The translations under genes and the position numbers were made by a program. Below are positions 54,286 to 64,000 of a stretch of DNA of 64,000 nt, piece by piece. The notes below the pieces were generated by a model that was not told where the DNA came from, did not search any database, and was given only the letters and a program-made list of their open reading frames with translations. Origin of the DNA: Octopus vulgaris (taxonomy: Eukaryota). The stretch's first letter is position 1. The number at the start of each line of letters is the position of its first letter. The stretch is from NCBI GenBank assembly GCA_951406725.2, contig OX597833.1, positions 68,014,001 through 68,078,000 on the forward strand. The letters are read 5' to 3'.

Positions 54286-54489
54286 AATATATGCTTGACT
54301 CAATTGTTACCTCCTTACCTCCTTCCATTACTCTCAATTTCGGCACATTTTTTAAATGAAGAGTGGATATAATAGATGGAAACAACACTCACAAGCGCAC
54401 TCTCTTCTTCTCTCTCTCTCTCCCTCATAGAAAATCACACCCTTACAGGCATAAATGTATGTATACATATATATATGCATGTATGTATG

Positions 54490-54543
<54 letters not shown>

Positions 54544-55111
54544 GTGTGTGTGTTAGAAGAAAAGTGAGAAGTAGGAGAGAAAATGAGTCAAAGAATAAGA
54601 AAAGGAACTTAGGATGCCAGAAAAGAGATAGTTTATGACATGTTCGAATCCGGAAGTTCCCTGGTTGATCAATGCTCTTACTTTTATCTCCGGAAACTAT
54701 CTAAAGCTTTCTTATCCCCCCACCTGACAGGTGATAGATATCTGGCTAGAATCTTGCACGCACCCTGTAGGGCGTCCATAAACTCACAAACACACACAGG
54801 GCACACTCATGTGTGTGTGTCTGAGCAAATACGTACTTGCGTATTCAACAGAGGTTCCTTTTAAGAAATATTTATTATTTATGCTGAGGAGAATCAGCAG
54901 ATGTTAAGAAGAACATCGATATGAATACAAATGATAAAAACGCTACAGTATTAAATTATTAAATAGGTATAAGGAAATTAGAACGAAATGTGATTATCAT
55001 TTCATGTGGTATAGTTCTTTTAAGGGTTGCTTTTTAATTCTAACGTGCAAATAAAAAATAAGAGAAATATGTTATTTCAATACAAAATAATTTTTTTATT
55101 TTATATAAAGT

Positions 55112-55538
55112 CGCAGGAGTGGCTGTGTGGTAAGTAGCTTGCTAACCAACCACATGGTTCCGGGTTCAGTCCCACTGCGTGGCATCTGGGGCAAGTGTCT
55201 TCTGCTATAGACCCGGGCCGACCAATGCCTTGTGAGTGGATTTGGTAGACGGAAACTGAAAGAAGCCTGTCGTATATATGTATATATGTATAAATATGTG
55301 TGTGTGTTTGTGTGTCTGTGTTTGTCCCCCTAGCATTGCTTGACAACCGATGCTGGTGGGTTTACGTCCCCGTTACTTAGCGGTTCGGCAAAAAGAGACC
55401 GATAGAATAAGCACTGGGCTTACAAAGAATAAGTCCCGGGGTCGATTTGCTCGACTAAAGGCGGTACTCCAGCATGGCCGCAGTCAAATGACTGAAACAA
55501 GTAAAAGAGTAAAAGAGAGTAAAAGAGAGTAAAAGAGA
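55112..55538 (+). mobile_element. Family A SINE, full length
   Basis: Complete, with tail of gtaaaaga(ga) repeats. Confidence 0.95.
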
Positions 55539-56231
55539 ATGTGAGACCCTGACTCGTAGTGTATTCTAAGACTAATACATAGAAAAAACTAGCGCACTAA
55601 TTAGTTAATAATATATGCACGTCAGTAAGATTTAAAGATCTGACGTATACGGATATACAATGTATTCAGAATATTTGTACAGATGATGTTACCTCTAAAA
55701 GGTAATCTGCAGGTTTTCTGTCGTGCAGGGTATGCATGGTTTTTTTTCTTCTCCACAAGAGAACCATGAACATTTTATTTCATTCTAGCTATTGAATGTA
55801 TGTTTAAAGCCGTATTTTCCAGTTCCCTACACCATAAATGTAATGCTATCTTAGTTCTGTTTGTGTTCTTCAACGAGTGATTATGGTCGTTTTAACATTG
55901 ATTAAGCATTACGTATGCCATTTCCGTAATCATTCAAAGCTGCAAATTATCTCTGTGATGTATTTGTAATCAATGTGCTTAGCTAAATGCTTTGGATTTA
56001 CGGACTCTAAATTACATTTTCCTTTTCGTCAGGGTGCCGGGTGTTTGTGTGTTTTAGAGATGTTGGAAATAAAACGATCCAATGATTATCATTAGTGGAG
56101 TCAAAAGGTTACGAAACATACGCGTATAAACACACACACAGAGTCTCTCTCTCTCTAATCTGGAGTTTGCCTGACAATTCATAATCATCAAGCAAACCAT
56201 TAAATTGCACAGGTATAAATTTATATATAAT

Positions 56232-56495
<264 letters not shown>

Positions 56496-56883
56496 CCACC
56501 CACACATAATCTTTTACGCATGCTGTATATACATATTTAGCGTTTTGTGTCGGTTTATTATTGTCATAATATGTGTATGTGTGCGTGTTTACGGTGTTAT
56601 AATGCGTTGTATATTTTAGTCTATAAATAAATTCTTACAAACAGCGATAGAAGAGAAGATGTGTACAAAAGCGAGACAGTAGTGTTAAGAAGTAACTAAT
56701 GACTGATTGACATATGAATGAAATCGCATAAAGAATAAAGAAATGATAGGAAGTTAAGTAGTAAAGTACTACATTGGTAAAGAGATAAGCAGATAACTGA
56801 GTAGAACGGTAAGAATCTTGGCAAAAATGTACGCTGATAGACAGATCAAAATTATAGAGAGTGATATGACTTTAGTGAGGGGT

Positions 56884-57196
56884 GAAAGCGCATGGCCTAG
56901 TGGTTAGTTTATTCGACTCATGATTGTTAGGTCGTGAATTCGCCTCCCGGAGATGCGTTGCGTCCTTGAGCAAGACATTCCATTCACGGCAATCCAGTCG
57001 ATTCATTTGACAATACTGAGCGGTACATGTATTTCAAAAGTTCAAACTCTGTGTCACGCTGAAACTCACTGAGAACTACACGAAAGGTAAGCGTGTCTGT
57101 GGAGTGCTCAGCCACATGCATGTTAATCTCTCATTAGCAGGCAGTTCCGTTTATCAGATCAACTGGAATGCTCATCGTGGTAATCGACGGAGTGCC
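56884..57196 (+). mobile_element. Family C SINE subtype 2
   Basis: gaaagcgcatggcctagtggttag...gtccttgagcaagacat...gtctgtggagtgctcagccac...cgacggagtgc. Confidence 0.85.
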
Positions 57197-57907
57197 TGTT
57201 TAGTGAGGGGGACGCACCGAACGTCACACAACTGAAACAGATTCTCAATGCATTTAGTAAGAATGTATAATGCGTACCTTCAGAAAGAAAGAGTTATTAG
57301 AATGTGTTAGTGTCTTGGAGGATGAAATCTTAGAAATCGCATGGAAACCAATGCCAGGCATGGCATTGGTTGTTTTATAAAGAATATTTTTGCTTCTGAG
57401 AATTCTTTTTCGTGTTCTCATGTTCTGAAAATCATTTTCCCCTCTTCTGCTTCCGATGTGCATTATTTCGATTTCAATCGCATCAATAGGTGTCTATGGG
57501 CAAAATTTACGTACATATGTATATGTAATTATATGTGTGTGTTTGTGTATTGTGTGGTGTGTTTTTACATATGTACAGCAATCTATATTTCTGTGTATGT
57601 ATTTATGAATGTGTGTTTGTGTGTGTGTGTGTGTCTTTAGACTTCAGTGATTTTGCTCGCATAATGTTTAAATACATGCACATCTTTAACTAGTAATCTA
57701 CATCTAGTGTGTTAATGCGGGTGTATTAACACCCGCATTGAAAACTAACAGACGTATATACGCCTATATTATACACATGCGTACACGTACATACGTGGAA
57801 GTGCCCCTTATTACTGTTACTTATTACTGTACCTCTTTCTCCCTCACTCTCCCACACTCTCACTCAGTATGTGTGCATATACATATGTATATATATGCAT
57901 ATATATG

Positions 57908-57941
<34 letters not shown>

Positions 57942-58126
57942 CACACATATATATATATATACACACACACATATATATATACACACACACGCACATACAC
58001 ATACACATATATATATATATATGTATGTATGTATATATACATATATATATATAACAAAGAACAAACAATCTTCCGTATAGCATAAAGAAAAACTGTATGT
58101 TTGATTCTTATCTATTCTCAGCTTAC

Positions 58127-58170
<44 letters not shown>

Positions 58171-58675
58171 TCATACACTTACACAATTATATCTGTATTA
58201 ATGAGAATTGAGAAGAGCAGAGGGAGGTTTATTTGTAGTATTTGTAACCAGACACTCTTAATATCTCTCACACTGCATCACATAAAGTTAAATAATGCTT
58301 AGAAGAATGAAAGCAGACATTCATAACATAACTTGACTCAATGATAAAGTTCTTGTGAGTAGAAATATCTGAAGCGCCTCAGGTCAACCTATTGTAATGT
58401 AATACAGTACTTTCTGTGCAGATGTAAATGTGTCCTCGTATTATTATATACAGTTTCTTTGAACATTTCATTATATGGCCCTCCCTCTCTCTGTCTCTCC
58501 CTCCCTCTCTCTGTCTCTCCTTCCCTTTCTCTCTCCCTCCCTCTATATATTTATACATACATACATGTGATTATGATGTATCGTTTTTGTTGACATATCT
58601 GTTTGTTGACACACGCACAGTATGCTTTTCTTATCTAACACTCTACATGTATGTAAATAGATACATATAAACATG

Positions 58676-58723
<48 letters not shown>

Positions 58724-58824
58724 CTAGATATACTTGTCTGTATTTATTACTCTGTGCGAACGTCTTTTAATACTTTTATATACCACGTCCTCATCTTGTG
58801 TTTTCTTTTGTTTTTCTTAATTAT

Positions 58825-58877
<53 letters not shown>

Positions 58878-59113
58878 CGTTTCGGTCTCTTACTTTATTA
58901 TTACTATTAACTTCTTTTAATCATCTCATAATAATGACCTTTATGATTTGTATTACTGCCTCAGTCATTCTAAATATATATATTTTTTCACTACCTTTCA
59001 TAAATACCCTTTTTCTATCTGCAATATGCATTTTCGTAGATTTTTTCATATATATATATATGAAAAAACAAGGCAGGATAGAAAATGCTAAAGTGATTTT
59101 ATAATAAACATTT

Positions 59114-59149
59114 CAGTACCGGTTTCAGGCATTGAAACTTTTTCAACTG
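59114..59149 (-). ncRNA. Variant minimal hammerhead-like motif
   Basis: Minus strand reads cag-TTGAAAA-agtttcaatgcct-GAAA-Ccg-GTA-ctg; palindromic ACCGGT stem III. Confidence 0.35.
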
Positions 59150-59549
59150 TAACAATTAAATAATTGAATTTAGAAAAATTAAAAGAAAAGTTTTTTTATA
59201 AAAGAATATTTGTATAGTGTTCAGATACAAGTGGCATTTTCCTTGTTTCTGCCTGTCTCTGTCCCTCTTGTTTACACTTGTGGGTTCGAGGTCGTTGTGA
59301 ATTCTAGGTAGGGAAGAAGGGGAGGAAGAAGACGAAGAATTTGGGAGTGCCATAGCTATTTCTAGGGACTCTTGTTGCTGCTTATTTTCGTTTTGGTGCT
59401 GCTGCCACTTCTTGTTCCTCTTGCTTCCTATTCTCTTGCTACTTCTGCTCTACGAGATGCATCTGATGCAACTGGCAATTTGTTTTTACATGAATTGTTT
59501 TTGTTGATCTTATCTGTGTCAGCTGCATCTGTTGGCGTCTTTAATGCAA

Positions 59550-59701
59550 CTAATACCTTACAAACGCCGAGGTTGCAATTAATGCTGCTGTTACCATCAC
59601 CGTTCTAATCGTTGCTCTTGTTTCCATTGTCTTTGAAGTTGCCTAATACCTTACAAACGCCGAGGTTTGCAATTAATGCTGCTGTTACCATCACCGTTCT
59701 A
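59550..59701. repeat. Local direct duplication of about 58 bp
   Basis: ctaataccttacaaacgccgaggtt(t)gcaattaatgctgctgttaccatcaccgttcta at 59550 and 59643. Confidence 0.92.
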
Positions 59702-60069
59702 GTCTCAACACGAGAGAAGCACCACATGTGACTATCATATCTCGCGAGAGTGGGATTAACGATACCTGGGAGAAAAGGCTAAAGCTGGACATGAAATCGC
59801 ATTGTCTACATACTTAAATCCTTATCCACTGCGGTTGAGAAGGATAAGCAAAAATATATAAGAATTACAGAACTATCAAAGATTACAGTGGAAGGAGACG
59901 ATTAGGCGCGGCTCTGTGGACGCTAGAGATCTGCCGCGGCGATGTGGACATTTTGTTTTGCAGACACTGCATTTTGTTACTAGATGCAGAGTTATATACG
60001 CAGAGACGCATGTTCACATACAGAAAAGTACTGAGAGAGACAGAGATAGGGTCATAAAGAGATATGACC

Positions 60070-60128
60070 TACGGCCGACCAAGTACACGTGAGTGGATTT
60101 GGTAAATGGAAACTGAAAAAAGCCAGTC

Positions 60129-60177
<49 letters not shown>

Positions 60178-60345
60178 GTGTGTGTTTTTCTGTCTGTGTT
60201 TTTCCCCCACCATCGATGGCAACCGCGTTTGTTTACGTTCCCGTAAACTAGCGGTTCGGCAAAAAGTTAAGTACCAGCCTCGAAAGAAAAAAATATACTG
60301 GATTGACTCATTCGACTAAAAGTTGCTTAAGTTTGTGCCCCAGCA
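60070..60345 (+). mobile_element. Degenerate family A SINE body
   Basis: ggccgacc...gtgagtggatttggtaaatggaaactg...gcggttcggcaaaa. Confidence 0.75.
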
Positions 60346-60455
60346 AGTAGAATTTAAAAGCGAATGTATTGAATCAGAACATACTAAAAGGCTTTTCAAC
60401 CGGCGATCATTTCTCAATTCCAAAATGCCCCAACACCCTCAAATAGTACTTTAGC

Positions 60456-60690
60456 TGTCAAACACGAAATAATTGTGAAAGGTAAATTTAACATCGGTGG
60501 GGATTGAACTTGTGTCGTACAGAATCAAAATAATATATCGAAAGACATCTCACACGACCACCTCATCGAGCATCAGTGTCAAACACGAAATATTTGTGAA
60601 AGGTAAATTTAAAATCGGCAGGGATTGAACTTGTGTCGTACAGAATCGAAATAACGTATCGAAAGGAATCTCACACGACCACCTCATCGA
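60456..60690. repeat. Tandem duplication with 121-bp period (old family B-like fragment)
   Basis: tgtcaaacacgaaata...cacacgaccacctcatcga at 60456 and 60577. Confidence 0.88.
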
Positions 60691-61845
60691 TTATTAGTGA
60701 ATGGTACTTTGTTTATTGATCTCAAAATTACGCGAAGCGAAGCCGTCATCGGCAGGATTTGAAATCAGTGCTTTGATAGTAGGAGCTAACGCTGCCAGGG
60801 ATATTATCCGACGCTCTAATGACTTTCCAATTCAGTGATTAATGGATTAGAAAAGCATGGAATGGTGCATCGATGCGCAGGGACACTCCACTTAACGCCA
60901 CTTAACGGCAGCAGCACAGGAGAGGCAACGATATACGGGGTCAGCCTCAATGCCTTATTGCAAAGAAGAAAAAAAATGTTGACAATTTGAGGTGTGTCAT
61001 AAGTAAGGCAGCATTCAAACATTTGGGTAAAGTTAAACGTTGTTTTACGTATGGGGCATTTACTAGTTTAGTCACATATTAAACGGCAACCATAATCAAT
61101 ATGCATAAAATGAGCGATATATTGGTTCCGATTCTATCCAATCATCCGTGCCAGGTTTTTCCTTCCGAAAATGTTTGGCCTTGTGCCTTGGTCTGAATAA
61201 ATTGTTATGTTTATACTTTCAATCAATGTTCATCCTTTATGCCTCAACGGCAAAAATATATTTCAATATTATCATATTGAAATAAATATTTAGCTATGTA
61301 GCTACTGCTGAGATTGTTGCTGCTGTTCTTGTTATCGTTTCTGCTGCTGTAGCTGCTGCAGCTGTTGCTGGTATTTAGGTTGTTGTTGTTGTTGTTCCGT
61401 TTGTTCTCTTTATCAATCTCGGCACCTCAAAATGTCGTCTTCGCTTCTCTCAGTAACGCTATAGCGCTTCCATCGTTGCGTCAACATAACACAACACTTC
61501 TTCCCAGAGCTATGCATGGCTGCGTTAAATTCTTATCTGCATTGCCAAAAACGCTGGAAAATTCGAAGCGAAACTGTTTACTCGTCTTTACTCATCTTTC
61601 TATCGCTACCAGAGAAAACATAAACAAGCGCACCACACCCGCCTAACCGTCCTCAGGTTTATGCCACTCGTTTTTGCCCAAGATAACCACACACGCACAC
61701 ACAATTCCATTTCTCGGTGTTTGTCATCGGATTCTATTCAGGCTGTATCAATCACGGTTCGTCATACACCGGATTGCCTGATAGATATCGTTGTTCGTGA
61801 TCTTCGTGGTTTGTTGTGGTGCTATACACATACATGTATGTGTGT

Positions 61846-62067
61846 TTACTCTTTTACTCTTTTACTTGTTTCAGTCATTTGACTGCGGCCATGCTGGAGC
61901 TCCGCCTTTAGTCGAGCAACTCGACCCCGGGGACTTATTCTTTTGTAAGCCCAGTACTTATTCTATCAGTCTCTTTTGCCGAACCGGTAAGTGACGGAGA
62001 CGTAAACACACCAGCATCGGTTGTCAAGCAATGCTAGGGGGACAAACACAGACACACAAACATACAT

Positions 62068-62100
<33 letters not shown>

Positions 62101-62257
62101 CATATATACGACAGGCTTCTTTCAGTTTCCGTCAACCAAATCCACTCACAAGGGATTGGTCGGGCCGGAGCTATAGCAGAAGACACTTGCCCAAGGTGCC
62201 ACGCAGTGGGACTGAACCCGGAACCATGTGGCTGGTAAGCAAGCTACTTACCACACA

Positions 62258-62258
<1 letters not shown>
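61846..62258 (-). mobile_element. Family A SINE, near full length
   Basis: Reverse-complement match to 62553-62962. Confidence 0.95.
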
Positions 62259-62301
<43 letters not shown>

Positions 62302-62500
62302 TATCATATATCGATCCTATTTCTCTCTTCGTTAGCTCTTGTTTTACTCCCTTGCAGATTCGTTAAACGCACGGGGTAGACACCCTTGAAGATTTTTTTC
62401 CAGCTGTTTACGTTCTAGGTTCAATTCGCGCTGAGATTCCTTATAAATACCCTGAAAACTCCTCACAGCCCTAGTTTTGTTATCTCATTCTGTCTATTAC

Positions 62501-62552
<52 letters not shown>

Positions 62553-62555
<3 letters not shown>

Positions 62556-62720
62556 CGCAGGAGTGGCTGTGTGTAAATAGCTTGTCTACCAACCACATGG
62601 TTCCGGGTTCAGTCCCACTGCGTGGCACCTTGGGCAAGTGTCTTCTACTATAGCCTCGGGCCGACCAAAGCCTTGTGAGTGGATTTGGTAGACGGTAACT
62701 GAAAGAAGCCCGTCGTACAT

Positions 62721-62758
<38 letters not shown>

Positions 62759-62962
62759 TTGTGTGTCTGTGTTTGTCCCCTAGCATTGCTTGACAACCGA
62801 TGCTGGTGTGTTTATGTCCCCGTTACTTAGCGGTTCGGCAAAAGAGACCGATAGAATAAGTACTGGGCTTACAAAAGAATAAGTCCTGGGGTTGATTTGA
62901 TCAACTAAAGGCGGTGCTCCAGCAGGGCCGCAGTCAAATGACTGAAACAAGTAAAAGAGTAA
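62553..62962 (+). mobile_element. Family A SINE, full length
   Basis: Complete, with (TA)n on both sides. Confidence 0.95.
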
Positions 62963-62966
62963 AGCA

Positions 62967-63006
<40 letters not shown>

Positions 63007-63714
63007 CAAATGTATGTATGGGTGGGTGTGTTACATTTATTAGTAGGCAATGCAATTACAGTACTAAGTTTTCACTGATGGAATTTTCAACTTCTTCCAT
63101 TGTTGTAATTCTTTCAAATCATTCTTGTCGTTGCTATTGTTGTAGCTGTTTCTATTTTCATATTTGTATTGTTTCAGATTGTTTTTGCGTTTACTATTAT
63201 TGTATTTTTAACCAACGCTCATTTTTTTTTTCTCTATATATTTTATACCATTTTGTCTACTTATTTTTCCTGATGTGTCCATTTGCAACAGCTGTTCTTG
63301 AGGCTTCCTGGAATTGCATATTCAGTACCACTGATAATGTATTTTTTTTATTGTTATTCTATCCATATTCTTCTTGTTTTTTTTACATGATGACGCTGTC
63401 GTTATTGTGTGATCAGTTGATATTTTTGTTGATCGTATCGTTATTGCTTTTATTAAAAATGAAAATTACAATTTCGGCAAAGAAACAGCGTGGACTAAAA
63501 TGCTTTACATTATTTAGAAACTCTGCTCTTTATTTATTTATCTATTTATTTATTTAGTTATTAAGTTCTGTGTTCAAATCCTATTAAGGATATTTTCGAA
63601 CGTACAACAAAATAAAGATCTTGTATTTATGTTTATCACTAACCCTTATTCAAACTCTCGGATTTATATGAAAGATGAACCGCATATATAGTAGGAAAGT
63701 AACTTGACAGCAGA

Positions 63715-63985
63715 ATCGGTGGAGCATGAGACAAAATAATTGCTTTATTGTGCCCAGTTGCAGCACGTTTTGCTTTAGTTTCAAGTCCCACTGCGATTGA
63801 CTTTGCTTTATACCATTGTTTGGTCTATAGGACATAGTAGTATAGGAGCCGATATTGTACCCCGCTTCGATAAAATAAGATTGATTGTTTCTATAATATT
63901 GGTAATAATAATAATCCTTTCTACTAAAGGCACAAGGCCCGAAATTTGGGGAGAGATGGGGATGGATCGATCTAATCGATCCCAT
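63715..63985. mobile_element. Old family B-related SINE fragments in both orientations
   Basis: gttttcaagtcc...gactttgcttta-like remnant, then ctttctactaaaggcacaaggcccgaaatttgggg, the inverse of the tail type seen at 54250-54285. Confidence 0.5.
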
Positions 63986-64000
63986 TCTTCTTCAACAGGT

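Noticed and set aside
57346-57371. 11-bp hairpin overlapping GAAAC, and another 11-bp hairpin at 57714-57739
   Set aside because: No valid CUGANGA core or stem I nearby; isolated short hairpins without other support.
59156-59608. Low-complexity ORFs on both strands
   Set aside because: Decayed trinucleotide-like sequence with no recognisable domain or splice context.

Overview
This is AT-rich, repeat-saturated eukaryotic genomic DNA, most likely from an octopus. That call rests on my recognition of the SINE families and the very high (TA)n/(CA)n/(TATC)n load, not on a database search. Most ORFs in the supplied track are microsatellite translation artefacts. The window holds roughly 25 copies of three tRNA-derived SINE groups (A, B, C), remnants of RTE and L1/Tx1-like LINEs, two mariner relics, a Gypsy integrase fragment, Helitron/Helentron-like elements, an 89-bp minisatellite, four long fold-backs and a probable pair of short host exons near 48.4-48.9 kb. 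The most interesting signal is a dispersed set of hammerhead ribozyme motifs. One is near-canonical and lies in a highly structured 474-nt unit with terminal redundancy (5810-6313, retrozyme or Penelope pseudo-LTR-like). One sits in the tail of a tRNA-headed SINE (43725-43995). Several more are minimal or variant forms, some next to fold-backs. Also notable are a five-unit SINE multimer inside one target-site duplication with self-complementary junctions, a SINE tail matching an L1/Tx1-like 3' end, a candidate recursive splice site, and a probable assembly artefact at about 31-35.5 kb.
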